A stretch of 64,000 nucleotides of DNA from Candidatus Omnitrophota bacterium (GCA_023248155.1 JAHFFE010000002.1:256864-320863); one strand, 5' to 3'; shown: positions 21,817 through 31,244, numbered from the stretch's first letter. Translations and numbers: made by a program. Notes: generated from the sequence alone by a model not told the origin.

Positions 21817-22379
21817 AGTCAACCTTCAGGGAATATGCCGAATCGCTGATAATCGCGCTTTTGCTGGCGCTGTTCGTGCGGACGTTTATCGTGCAGGCGT
21901 TTGTAATCCCCAGCGGGTCGATGCGCATGACGCTGGTGGAAGGCGACCGGATTCTCGTCGATAAAGTGACGTACGGCATCCGGATTCCGTTCACCGATAT
22001 TCAGCTGCCTGAAATCCGCCCGCCTCAGCGCGGTGATATCGTGGTGTTCCGCTCTCCGGAAGATCCGGGCCGCGATTTCATTAAGCGGCTGGTCGCCGTC
22101 GGGGGAGATACCGTCGAGATCCGCGATCTTCGGGTCCTGATCAACGGCAAGCCGCTGATTAATCCGCCGGTTTTCACGCGGATCAATTACTACAACCGCG
22201 GCGATTACGGCGTGCCGAACCGGCCGATTCAGGTTCCGCGGGGGCATTATTTCTTTTTGGGGGATAACTCGTCCAGTTCGCGCGATTCCCGGTATTGGGG
22301 ATTTTTGCCGGAGTCCAATATTATTGGGCGGGCATTCGTCATTTATTGGCCGGTGAAACGGATTCGTTTATTAAAATAA
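21813..22379 (+). CDS. lepB: Signal peptidase I
   Basis: The ATG at 21813 gives MKSTFREYAESLIIALLLALFVRTF…PSGSM…GDNSSSSRDSRYWGF…, with S26 boxes B-E. The track ORF begins at 21687, within lepA. Confidence 0.85.
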   Translation: MKSTFREYAESLIIALLLALFVRTFIVQAFVIPSGSMRMTLVEGDRILVDKVTYGIRIPFTDIQLPEIRPPQRGDIVVFRSPEDPGRDFIKRLVAVGGDTVEIRDLRVLINGKPLINPPVFTRINYYNRGDYGVPNRPIQVPRGHYFFLGDNSSSSRDSRYWGFLPESNIIGRAFVIYWPVKRIRLLK

Positions 22380-22395
22380 CAAGTATAATGAACTC

Positions 22396-22947
22396 ATGAG
22401 CCTGGCCAATAAACTTTCATTATTTCGCATTTTGCTGGTTCCCGCGTTTGGGGCCTGCCTGTTGTATTACCGGCCGGGTGAAAGTGAATGGCTGCGCTAT
22501 TTAGCCGCCGCTCTTTTTGTGATCGGCATCCTGACCGACGCCATCGACGGGTATGTGGCCCGCGCCGAGAAACAGGCCACCCGGCTGGGTGCCATTCTGG
22601 ATCCTGCCGCCGACAAACTTTTCCTGGTTACCGGCTACTTGTCTCTGGCGGTTATCCCGACGCTGCCGCCGTCAATGCGCATGCCGGCTTGGGCGCCGAT
22701 TGTGGTCATCAGCCGTGATCTGGTGATTGTCTGCGGATGGCTGATCATTCTTCTGGTTACCGGAAAATTGCAGACACCCCAGCCGTCGAAGCTGGGTAAA
22801 TTGACCACTGCGTTACAGATGACCGCGATCGTATTCAGTTTATTGCTCTGGCCGTTTTCGAAGCAGGTGCTTTGGGCCGCCATGGTTCTCACGGTTGTTT
22901 CCGGAATCGGGTATCTTCGGCTCGGCAACCGGTTGCTGCATCCGTAA
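22396..22947 (+). CDS. pgsA: CDP-diacylglycerol--glycerol-3-phosphate 3-phosphatidyltransferase (CDP-alcohol phosphatidyltransferase family)
   Basis: The motif DAIDGYVAR…G…DPAADK sits in a polytopic membrane protein. Confidence 0.75.
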   Translation: MSLANKLSLFRILLVPAFGACLLYYRPGESEWLRYLAAALFVIGILTDAIDGYVARAEKQATRLGAILDPAADKLFLVTGYLSLAVIPTLPPSMRMPAWAPIVVISRDLVIVCGWLIILLVTGKLQTPQPSKLGKLTTALQMTAIVFSLLLWPFSKQVLWAAMVLTVVSGIGYLRLGNRLLHP

Positions 22948-24309
22948 ATGCCCGCCGCCGACAAGCCACCTCCGCTGTTGGCGATCGTCGGACAGCCCAA
23001 CGTCGGAAAATCTTCGTTATTTAACCGTCTGATTCATCGCCATCAATCCCTCGTTGATTCCATGCCCGGACTTACGCGCGACCGGCTTTACGGACAGATC
23101 CGCTGGGAGGGTGTTTTTTTCCGCGTTGTCGATACCGGCGGTCTGCAATTTGCGAAAGAGGATTCCATGCAGCAGGCCATCGCCAAACAGGCGCAGCATG
23201 CGATGGCGGAAGCCGATCTGGTGCTGTTCGTCTGCGACGGGCGGCAGGGAGTCACTCCGCTTGACCGGCAAGTCGCCGGCTGGCTTCGCCGCGGCAAGAA
23301 ACCGGTTTTCCTCGTCATCAACAAAATGGATGAGAACCGCGATTTGGAGGACATCAATGAATTTTCCGAATTAGGGTGGGGCACCCCCTGGCCGATTTCG
23401 GCGCAGCATGGGCTGGGTATCGGCGATTTGCTGGCAGAGATCCTCGCCTATTTTAAAAAAGCCGGTATTTCAATGCCGAAAGATCCGATGACGGAGAAAG
23501 AGAAGCCGCTGCCCGGTGTTCCTGACCCGCTTCGCCTCGCGTTTATCGGCCGGCCCAACGTCGGGAAGTCCTCGCTGATGAACCGGATTCTCGACGAAGA
23601 ACGCGTGCTGGTCGACGACCAGCCGGGCACGACGCGCGATCCGGTGGAAGTGATGTTCCGGTTCCGGCAGAAAAACTATTGTTTGATCGATACGGCCGGC
23701 ATCCGTTCGCAAAAAACATTGAAAAGCAAAGTGGACGCCGTGTCGCGCATCAAAGCGCTGCAAACCGTCGAGCGGGCGCATGTCTGCGTCGGTGTCGTCG
23801 ACGCATCAGCCGGGTTGATCGCCGATGATTTGAAACTGTTTGATTTTGTGGCCACGGCCGGCCGGCCGCTTTGTCTGGTGGTCAATAAATGGGATCTGCT
23901 TCCGCGCACGGCGTTGCTCAACTCCGTTTCTAAAAAGATTGCCGAGCGCGCCCCGTTTTTGCGGTATGCGGCGGTGGTTGCCGCCTCCGCGCTGACAGGG
24001 TTTCGCGTCTCCAAAGTGTTGGATGAAGTTCAGACCGTGGCCGAATCGGCCTGGCGTACGCTGACCGTTTCGGAATGCGCTCGGATTCTCGAGAATATTG
24101 CCGGCGACAGTCACGCGCCGGCCGGCGTGCGCCACGCGCATTGGATTCGTCTCTATCAAGTTTCCGTCGGGCCGCCCACATTTCATGTGCTGGTACGCTC
24201 GAAACATGCGATGAAACCGGCCGAAACGGCTTATTTTGAATCGGTATTAACCCGCGAGGCCGGTTTTTACGGAACACCGGTCCGCGTACGTTACTTGGTG
24301 AAAAAATGA
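22948..24309 (+). CDS. der: Ribosome-associated GTPase Der/EngA (two GTPase domains plus KH-like domain)
   Basis: Two G1 motifs, GQPNVGKSSLFN and GRPNVGKSSLMN, with DTGG and DTAG G3 motifs. Confidence 0.9.
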   Translation: MPAADKPPPLLAIVGQPNVGKSSLFNRLIHRHQSLVDSMPGLTRDRLYGQIRWEGVFFRVVDTGGLQFAKEDSMQQAIAKQAQHAMAEADLVLFVCDGRQGVTPLDRQVAGWLRRGKKPVFLVINKMDENRDLEDINEFSELGWGTPWPISAQHGLGIGDLLAEILAYFKKAGISMPKDPMTEKEKPLPGVPDPLRLAFIGRPNVGKSSLMNRILDEERVLVDDQPGTTRDPVEVMFRFRQKNYCLIDTAGIRSQKTLKSKVDAVSRIKALQTVERAHVCVGVVDASAGLIADDLKLFDFVATAGRPLCLVVNKWDLLPRTALLNSVSKKIAERAPFLRYAAVVAASALTGFRVSKVLDEVQTVAESAWRTLTVSECARILENIAGDSHAPAGVRHAHWIRLYQVSVGPPTFHVLVRSKHAMKPAETAYFESVLTREAGFYGTPVRVRYLVKK

Positions 24310-24944
24310 TTGGACTAAGTTTTCTCTGTGTCGCTTATTTGATGGGAGCGATCCCGACCGGTCTGATCGCCGGAAAACTGAAGGGAATTGATGTCCGCAA
24401 GCAGGGCAGCGGCAATGTCGGCGCTACGAATGTATACCGCGTCGCGGGTAAACTGCCGGGCGCTCTGGTGCTGATCGTCGACATCGCCAAGGGATTTTTG
24501 CCGGTGACGCTGTTCATGAAATGGGCGATCGCGATGGGGATCGGCGGCGTTTCCCCGGATCTGTTCCGCATTCTGCTTGGCTGCGCGTCGGTGGCCGGGC
24601 ATATCTGGAATCCGTTCCTGCAGTTTAACGGCGGCAAAGGTGTGGCCACGGGCGCCGGTGTTTTATTCGGTCTCGATTTCCGCGTCGGCCTGGCCGCCGC
24701 CTTGATTTGGGCATTGGTCATGTTTTTAACGCGGTTCGTATCGGTTTCATCGATCGCGTCCGCTTTTTTCGCGCCGTTCGTCATGGCGCTGCTCGGTTTG
24801 CCAACCGTATGGGTTTTGGGCGGAATTTTTGTCGGCTTGGCGATTATTTACCGGCACAGGCCCAACATTCTGCGCCTGCTGCAGGGGCAGGAGCACCGGT
24901 TTGGCAAGCCGAAAGAGAAACCGCCGGTGTACCGTTCAAATTGA
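24306..24944 (+). CDS. plsY: Glycerol-3-phosphate acyltransferase PlsY
   Basis: …GSGNVGATNVYRVAGK… is the PlsY signature in a 5-TM protein. Confidence 0.9.
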   Translation: MIGLSFLCVAYLMGAIPTGLIAGKLKGIDVRKQGSGNVGATNVYRVAGKLPGALVLIVDIAKGFLPVTLFMKWAIAMGIGGVSPDLFRILLGCASVAGHIWNPFLQFNGGKGVATGAGVLFGLDFRVGLAAALIWALVMFLTRFVSVSSIASAFFAPFVMALLGLPTVWVLGGIFVGLAIIYRHRPNILRLLQGQEHRFGKPKEKPPVYRSN

Positions 24945-25007
24945 CCCCGTTATTCGCCCCGTGTTAGAATAAGAGATTACTCTTAACATCTTTAACAAGA
25001 AGAACTT

Positions 25008-26000
25008 ATGTCTAAAATTACAGTGATTGGCGATGGGGGATGGGGAACCTGCCTGGCGGTGCATTTGGCCAACCGCGGGCATGAAGTGGTTCTTTGGGGT
25101 GCTTTTCCGCAGTATATCGCCGAGATGCAGCGCAAGCGTGAAAATCCGAAATTTTTGCCCGGGGTTCCGTTTCCCAACTCGCTTGTTTTGACCGGACGGA
25201 TCGATCAGGCGTTTGACAAGACCGAAGTAATCTTAATCGCCGTTCCGTCGCAGTATCTCAAACGCGTTTTTCAGCAGCATGTTCAGTCGGCTCCCTGGAG
25301 TCGTGTTTTGGCGATCAGCGTAGTCAAGGGGATCGACGCCGACACGCTTCAGCGGATGTCACAAGTGATCCATTCGCTGGCGCCCGTTAAGGATTTGGTC
25401 GTTCTTTCCGGTCCGTCGATCTCATATGAAGTGGCGCGCGGCGTACCGACCACCGTTGTGGCTGCCGCTGAAGACGAAGCAATCGCCCGCAAAGCACAGG
25501 CGTTATTTGCGACCGAGCGGTTTCGCGTCTACACCTCAACCGATGTGACCGGAGTCGAGCTGGGTGGATCGCTGAAGAACGTGATTGCCATCGCCTGCGG
25601 CGCGGCGGACGGGCTTGGTTTTGGAACCAACACGAAAGCGGCGCTGACCACGCGCGGTTTAGCTGAAATTTCACGGCTAGGCATGGCGATGGGCGCCAAG
25701 GTTGAAACTTTTTATGGTTTAAGCGGTTTGGGTGATCTGGTCACCACCTGTTTTTCGGCGCACAGCCGCAACCGGCAGGTCGGCGAGAAACTGGGCAAGG
25801 GCGCGACGGTGGTTGAGATTACCGCCGGCATGGAACAGGTCGCCGAGGGTATGCCGACCGCCAAATCGGCCCATGCGCTTTCCAAGAAATACAGCGTCGA
25901 GACACCGATTATGACCGAGGTCTACCGCGTTTTGTACGAGGGGAAATCGCCCAACGACGCGGTGCGCGACCTGATGTTGCGCGAACCAAAAGCGGAATAA
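25008..26000 (+). CDS. gpsA: NAD(P)H-dependent glycerol-3-phosphate dehydrogenase
   Basis: MSKITVIGDGGWGTCLA… Rossmann N-terminus and GpsA C-terminal domain. First intergenic gap (63 nt) after a 24-kb gene string. Confidence 0.9.
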   Translation: MSKITVIGDGGWGTCLAVHLANRGHEVVLWGAFPQYIAEMQRKRENPKFLPGVPFPNSLVLTGRIDQAFDKTEVILIAVPSQYLKRVFQQHVQSAPWSRVLAISVVKGIDADTLQRMSQVIHSLAPVKDLVVLSGPSISYEVARGVPTTVVAAAEDEAIARKAQALFATERFRVYTSTDVTGVELGGSLKNVIAIACGAADGLGFGTNTKAALTTRGLAEISRLGMAMGAKVETFYGLSGLGDLVTTCFSAHSRNRQVGEKLGKGATVVEITAGMEQVAEGMPTAKSAHALSKKYSVETPIMTEVYRVLYEGKSPNDAVRDLMLREPKAE

Positions 26001-26012
26001 ATTCTTTTATGT

Positions 26013-26089
26013 CGGGGCGTAGCGTAGTTTGGTAGCGCGCTTGCATGGGGTGCAAGAGGTCCCCAGTTCAAATCTGGGCGCCCCGACCA
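26013..26089 (+). tRNA. tRNA-Pro (anticodon GGG), CCA encoded
   Basis: Hand-folded cloverleaf. Acceptor CGGGGCG/CGCCCCG. D-stem GCGT/GCGC. Anticodon stem CTTGC/GCAAG with loop AU-GGG-GU. T-stem CCCAG/CTGGG with TTCAAAT loop. A76-CCA at 26086-26089. Confidence 0.85.
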
Positions 26090-26107
26090 TTTTTTAGAGG
26101 TGAAGTG

Positions 26108-27415
26108 ATGGCAAACAATGAAAAAATCAATGTAGGGTTGTTCGGGCTGGGCACCGTCGGATCGGGCGTGGCGCATATGCTGTTGTCGCGCCGCGAATTC
26201 CTGGAACGGCGCACCGGCATTCCGTTCGCGCTGAAGAAAGTCTGCGTGCGCCGGCTGAAAAAACCGCGCCTGGTTCGGATCGACCCGAAACTGCTGACGA
26301 CGCGCGCCGACGAAATTTTAAACGATCCCGACATCGACATTGTCGTTGAGGTGATGGGCGGAATTCATCCGGCCAAGGAGATCGTGCTGCAGGCGATTGC
26401 GGCCGGTAAACCGGTCATTACCGCCAATAAAGCGCTGCTGGCGCACCACGGCGATGAAATTTTCACGGCGGCCGCGAATAAAGGCGTCGATGTCTATTTC
26501 GAATCGAGCGTCGCCGGCGGAATCCCGATCATCAAAAGTTTGCGCGAAGGCCTGGTCGGCAATGACATCGAGGCGCTCTACGGAATTCTCAACGGCACCA
26601 CGAACTTTATCCTGACCGAGATGTCGCGCGGCGAAGGCCGTTCGTTTGAATCGGCGCTGAAAGAAGCGCAGGAACGCGGCTACGCCGAAGAGAATCCATC
26701 GCTCGACCTCAAGGGCATCGATACGGCCCATAAAATTTCGGTGCTGGCACTGCTGGCGTTTGGAAAAATGGTCCGGCCCGACCAGATTTACGTCGAAGGC
26801 ATTCAGCAGATCACCGCCAATGATGTGCGGTACGCGCATGATTTCGGTTACACGATCAAATTGTTGGGCATCGCCAAGCGCGAAGGCGAGCAGCTGGAAA
26901 TCCGCGTCCATCCGACGCTGCTGCCGAATAACCATTTGCTGTCCAGCGTTAACGGCGTTTACAACGGCGTTTTCGTCAAGGGCGATTTAGTCGGCGAGCA
27001 GCTGCTTTACGGCCAGGGCGCCGGCCGTTTCGCGACGACCAGCGCCGTTATTTCAGATCTGGTGGACCTGGGGCGCAATTTAATCCGGCAGACGCCGCAG
27101 CGGATTCCGCTGCCGCTGCCGTCCAAGCGGATCCGCCGCGTGCGCAAGATCGGCGAGATGGAAGGCCGCTACTATTTCCGTTTTTCGTGCATCGACCGTC
27201 CCGGCGTTCTGGCGACGATCGCGCGCATTCTGGGCAGTCACCGCATCTCCATCGCCAGCGTGGTCCAGAAAGACCGCCGCCGCGAGCATATCGTTCCGGT
27301 CGTCATGATGACGCACGACGCGAAAGAAAAAGATGTGCAGGCCGCGTTGGCTGAAATCAACGCGCTTCAGGCAGTCCGCCGCAAGTCGGTTTCAATCCGG
27401 ATCGATCGCGCCTAA
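26108..27415 (+). CDS. hom: Homoserine dehydrogenase (with C-terminal ACT domain)
   Basis: The ATG at 26108 is preceded by agagg and gives MANNEKINVGLFGLGTVGSGV…. The track ORF start at 26045 lies inside the tRNA and is rejected. Confidence 0.9.
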   Translation: MANNEKINVGLFGLGTVGSGVAHMLLSRREFLERRTGIPFALKKVCVRRLKKPRLVRIDPKLLTTRADEILNDPDIDIVVEVMGGIHPAKEIVLQAIAAGKPVITANKALLAHHGDEIFTAAANKGVDVYFESSVAGGIPIIKSLREGLVGNDIEALYGILNGTTNFILTEMSRGEGRSFESALKEAQERGYAEENPSLDLKGIDTAHKISVLALLAFGKMVRPDQIYVEGIQQITANDVRYAHDFGYTIKLLGIAKREGEQLEIRVHPTLLPNNHLLSSVNGVYNGVFVKGDLVGEQLLYGQGAGRFATTSAVISDLVDLGRNLIRQTPQRIPLPLPSKRIRRVRKIGEMEGRYYFRFSCIDRPGVLATIARILGSHRISIASVVQKDRRREHIVPVVMMTHDAKEKDVQAALAEINALQAVRRKSVSIRIDRA

Positions 27416-28477
27416 GTGAACAATAAAGCCTGGCCCGGATTGATCGAGGCCTACCGCCGCTTTCTGCCGGTTTCTTCCAAAACGCCCGTCGTATCGCTGA
27501 TGGAAGGCAACACGCCGCTGATTCCGGCGCGCGCGCTGGAAAAAGAGATCGGCAACGGTTGCCGCGTTTATCTCAAATACGAAGGGTTGAACCCGACCGG
27601 TTCGTTCAAAGACCGCGGCATGACAATGGCCGTTTCCAAAGCGAAGGAAGACGGCCGCAAGGCGATCATCTGCGCCTCGACGGGAAACACCTCAGCGTCG
27701 GCGGCTGCTTATGCCGCGCGCGCCGGACTGCGCTGCGTGGTGGTTATCCCGGAAGGGGCGATCGCGCTGGGCAAATTGGCGCAGGCGCTTATTCACGGCG
27801 CGCAGGTGATCGCCGTGCGCGGATCGTTCGATGTCGCGCTGTCGCTGGTGCGGAAGATCGCGCGCGAGCGGCCGATCGCGCTGGTCAACTCGGTCAACCC
27901 GTACCGCATTGAAGGGCAGAAAACCGCGGCGTTTGAAATCTGCGATCAGCTCGGCCGCGCGCCCGATTATCAGGCGATTCCCGTCGGGAACGCCGGCAAC
28001 ATCACCGCTTATTGGAAGGGCTATCGCGAATATCGCGCCGGTAAAAAAATCAGCCGGCTGCCGCGTATGCTCGGGTTCCAGGCCGCGGGCGCTGCTCCGC
28101 TGGTGAAGAACAAACCGGTCGAAAAACCGGAAACAATTGCCACTGCGATCCGGATCGGCAACCCGGCCAGCTGGGCCGGGGCGATCGCCGCGCGCGACGA
28201 GTCGGACGGCCTCATTGGTGCCGTGACCGACAAAGAAATCCTCAACGCGTATCAGTTCCTTGCCGAGAAGGAAGGTGTTTTCGCCGAACCGGCTTCGGCC
28301 GCGTCGGTGGCCGGTGTTTTAAAACTGGCCCGCAAGCGGTACTTCCGCCGCGGTTCCACGATTGTCTGCATTCTGACCGGGCACGGGCTTAAAGATCCCG
28401 AACGGGCGGTAAAAACCGTTCGCGCGCCCGTCGTGCTTCCTCCCGATTTGCGCGCCATTCTGCGCGTGATAAAATAA
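27416..28477 (+). CDS. thrC: Threonine synthase
   Basis: …FKDRGMT…[18 protein letters not shown]… is the PLP-lysine region. Confidence 0.9.
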   Translation: MNNKAWPGLIEAYRRFLPVSSKTPVVSLMEGNTPLIPARALEKEIGNGCRVYLKYEGLNPTGSFKDRGMTMAVSKAKEDGRKAIICASTGNTSASAAAYAARAGLRCVVVIPEGAIALGKLAQALIHGAQVIAVRGSFDVALSLVRKIARERPIALVNSVNPYRIEGQKTAAFEICDQLGRAPDYQAIPVGNAGNITAYWKGYREYRAGKKISRLPRMLGFQAAGAAPLVKNKPVEKPETIATAIRIGNPASWAGAIAARDESDGLIGAVTDKEILNAYQFLAEKEGVFAEPASAASVAGVLKLARKRYFRRGSTIVCILTGHGLKDPERAVKTVRAPVVLPPDLRAILRVIK

Positions 28478-28490
28478 CAAGATTATTCCG

Positions 28491-29702
28491 ATGAAAACGA
28501 TACTTTTAATTTGTGACGGCATGGCCGATGATCCGGTGGAGCAGCTGGGTGGAAAAACTCCGCTGGAAACTGCAAAAACTCCGCAGATGGACCGGCTTGC
28601 CCGCGAAGGCCGGCTGGGACTGGCCCGCACGATCCCGCAAGGCATGACCGCTTCGCGTGAAGTGGCCGCGATGGGGTTGATGGGGTACGATCCAAAAAAA
28701 TATTATCCGGGCCGCGGGCCGCTGGAAGCCGCTTATTGGGGCGTTCCGGTTCAGGCCGGCGATCTTATTTTTCGCTGTAATCTGGTCACCACCGACGGAG
28801 AACTGCTGATTGACGATCTGGCCGGGCGCATCAGTTCGGAAGAATCGAATCCGCTCATGGAATTGATCCGAAAAGAACTTACTTCCGGCGGCGTTCAGTT
28901 TTTTACGGGCCGGCAATATCGCCACGCGGCCATTTTTCGCGCGCCTGAAGACACGGCGGCGTTGCTCAAGACCGTCTGCCGGCCGGCTTATGAAATGGGC
29001 GGCCAGCCGCTTGAGAAAAATTGGCCCAAAGGCCCCGGCGCGCAGCGGCTGAAAGATCTGATGCTGCGCTCGCGCGATTTGCTGGCTGCCAATGAAGTGA
29101 ACCAGGTTCGCGTCGATCTGAAAGAAAATCCGGCCAACATGATCTGGCTATGGGGGCAGGGCGTTCCGCATGAAATTCCGTCGATGAAAGAACGCTGGAA
29201 TGTCAAAGGCGCCGTGATCTCCGGTTCCGACAGCATCAAGGGCGCCGGACGCGCGGCCGGTTTGCATGTGGAAGAACTTCCGCTGTCGTCGGGAAATCTG
29301 GAGAGCGACCATTTGCAGCGCGCCGAAGCGGCGATCCGCGCCTTGGCCGGAAACGATCTTGTTTTTGTGCATGCCGAAGCGGCGCATGCCGGTATTTATC
29401 CCGACGATCTGCGACAGAAAATTTCGGCGATTGAACTGTTTGACCGCATTGTCGTCGGACCGGTCGTTGAAAAAGCGCGGGCATTGGGTCCGGTGCGCGT
29501 GATGGTCGGGACCGATCATCCGGTGTTAATTGAAAAGCGGGTCTGCACCGACCAGCCGGTTCCTTTGGTGGTCTGGGGCGATGGAATTCCGTCCGGGTCG
29601 GCCGAGCAATTTACCGAACCGCAGGCGAAGTCCGGCGGGTGGATGGTCGAAACCCCGCATGATTTAATGCCGCGCCTGCTGGCCGGCGAAACGATCGTCT
29701 AG
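28491..29702 (+). CDS. Cofactor-independent phosphoglycerate mutase-like protein, archaeal ApgM family (alkaline-phosphatase superfamily); candidate alternative homoserine kinase
   Basis: MKTILLICDGMADDPVEQLGGKTPLETAKTPQMDRLAREG… is the ApgM/COG3635-type N-terminus. The gene is embedded in hom-thrC-X-lysC, where thrB is expected, and no canonical GHMP thrB is present. Confidence 0.75.
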   Translation: MKTILLICDGMADDPVEQLGGKTPLETAKTPQMDRLAREGRLGLARTIPQGMTASREVAAMGLMGYDPKKYYPGRGPLEAAYWGVPVQAGDLIFRCNLVTTDGELLIDDLAGRISSEESNPLMELIRKELTSGGVQFFTGRQYRHAAIFRAPEDTAALLKTVCRPAYEMGGQPLEKNWPKGPGAQRLKDLMLRSRDLLAANEVNQVRVDLKENPANMIWLWGQGVPHEIPSMKERWNVKGAVISGSDSIKGAGRAAGLHVEELPLSSGNLESDHLQRAEAAIRALAGNDLVFVHAEAAHAGIYPDDLRQKISAIELFDRIVVGPVVEKARALGPVRVMVGTDHPVLIEKRVCTDQPVPLVVWGDGIPSGSAEQFTEPQAKSGGWMVETPHDLMPRLLAGETIV

Positions 29703-29981
29703 AACCGGTCTCCTAAATCCCCGTGGCCGCGCTTAAGCAGAATGACGAGCCAGACAAGGCGCGAGGAGGCCGGCGTAGTCAAAGCACTACGGCAACGACG
29801 AGTAACGAAGTATGGCGATGTTAGAATGTTAAGCCCGAAGGGTTTCGGCGGCAGGCCGCCGTCTCCTGCGGCGCTCTTCCTCGACGGATTACTGTGAATA
29901 CGCCGTCGTCATCGCTTCTTGGATACGGCAGGCCTGGCGCACGAAACGCGGTTCACGCGGATTTAGGAGACCGGTTCTAAC
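29702..29981 (+). promoter_or_regulatory. Highly structured 5' leader of lysC with SD-sequestering long-range helix (riboswitch-like)
   Basis: The 19-nt segment GAACCGGTCTCCTAAATCC at 29702-29720 is the exact reverse complement of 29959-29977. The latter contains the lysC Shine-Dalgarno AGGAGA 5-10 nt before the ATG. Several internal GC-rich hairpins lie in between. Confidence 0.5.
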
Positions 29982-31244
29982 ATGGCTCTGATTGTTCAGA
30001 AATACGGCGGTTCTTCGGTGGCCAACGCGGAACGGATCAAACGGGTGGCCCAGCGGATTTCCAAAACAAGGAAAGCCGGCCACTCGGTCGTCGTCGTTGT
30101 CTCGGCGATGGCCGATACCACCGACGATTTGCTGTCGCTCTCCGCGGAAGTATCGCGGCATCCGCCCGAGCGCGAAATGGATATGCTGCTGGCCACCGGC
30201 GAACAGGTTTCCTGCGCGCTGCTGGCAATGGCGATCGACCAATTGGGTGTAAAAGCGGTTTCATTTACCGGCGCGCAGGTCGGCATCATTACGAACCGCG
30301 CGCATACCAAGGCGCGCATTCAGGAAATCAGCGCGCAGAAAATCAAGCAGGCGATCTCGAAAGGGTTCGTCGTGATCGTGGCCGGTTTTCAGGGCATGAC
30401 TCCCGACGGAGAAATCACCACGCTCGGCCGAGGCGGTTCCGACTTGACGGCCGTCGCGCTGGCGTACGCGGTTAAAGCGAAAATCTGTGAAATTTATACC
30501 GATGTCGAAGGCGTCTACACGGCCGATCCGCGATTGGTGCCGACGGCGCGCAAATTAAAAACGATCAGTTACGACGAGATGCTCGAGCTGGCCAGCCTGG
30601 GAGCCCAGGTGATGCAGGCCCGTTCGATGGAAGTGGCGAAAAAATACGGTGTTCCGCTGCATATCCGGTCGAGTTTATCGAACCGGACCGGAACGATTAT
30701 TTCCAAGGAGGTTAGGGCGATGGAAGATGTGGTGGTCAGCGGCGTTTCGCTGCAAAAGGATGAAGCCAAAATCACGATTTGCGATGTTCCGGACCGTCCC
30801 GGCATTGCCGCCGCCATTTTTACCCGGATTTCCGACGCGCACATTAACGTCGATGTGATCGTGCAGAATGTCGGGCGCACCGGCCTCAACGACGTGTCAT
30901 TCACGGTGCCGCGCACCGAATTGTCGCGCGCGCTGCGCGTGGTCCGCCGCGTTGCCGCAGAACTGAAGGCCGGCCGCGTACTGCACGACGACAGCATCGC
31001 GAAACTATCGGTGGTGGGCGTTGGTATGCGCGCCCATTCCGGTATTGCCGCGCGAATGTTCCAGGCGCTGGCGAACGAATCGATCAACATCGACATGATC
31101 TCTACCAGCGAGATCAAGATCTCCTGCATCATCCGCAGGGATCAGGCGCAAAAGGCGATCCGGACCGTGCATGACGCGTTCGGGCTGGATAAATTAGGAA
31201 TCAAACCGGAAATGGTGAAAGTGAGTAAACCGAGGCGCTCCTAA
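29982..31244 (+). CDS. lysC: Aspartate kinase with C-terminal ACT domains
   Basis: MALIVQKYGGSSVANAERIKRVAQRI…VVVVSAMADTTD… is the aspartokinase signature. ACT regulatory domains are present. Confidence 0.9.
   Translation: MALIVQKYGGSSVANAERIKRVAQRISKTRKAGHSVVVVVSAMADTTDDLLSLSAEVSRHPPEREMDMLLATGEQVSCALLAMAIDQLGVKAVSFTGAQVGIITNRAHTKARIQEISAQKIKQAISKGFVVIVAGFQGMTPDGEITTLGRGGSDLTAVALAYAVKAKICEIYTDVEGVYTADPRLVPTARKLKTISYDEMLELASLGAQVMQARSMEVAKKYGVPLHIRSSLSNRTGTIISKEVRAMEDVVVSGVSLQKDEAKITICDVPDRPGIAAAIFTRISDAHINVDVIVQNVGRTGLNDVSFTVPRTELSRALRVVRRVAAELKAGRVLHDDSIAKLSVVGVGMRAHSGIAARMFQALANESINIDMISTSEIKISCIIRRDQAQKAIRTVHDAFGLDKLGIKPEMVKVSKPRRS

Noticed and set aside
24968-24987. Small palindrome TAAGAG-ATTA-CTCTTA in the 63-nt gap before gpsA, a possible operator.
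   Set aside because: It is only a 6-bp stem with no second copy in the window. It could equally be chance or part of a promoter, so it is not reported as a feature.
26045-26107. Upstream extension of the hom ORF (track start at 26045).
   Set aside because: That start codon lies inside the tRNA-Pro gene. The ATG at 26108, preceded by AGAGG, gives the conserved MANNEKINVGLFGLGTVG N-terminus.
29702-29981. Firm assignment of the lysC leader as a lysine (L-box) riboswitch, or as a T-box.
   Set aside because: I could not locate the conserved L-box core helices or motifs or a T-box specifier/T-box sequence by eye. The claim is kept generic (structured riboswitch-like leader) pending a covariance-model search.
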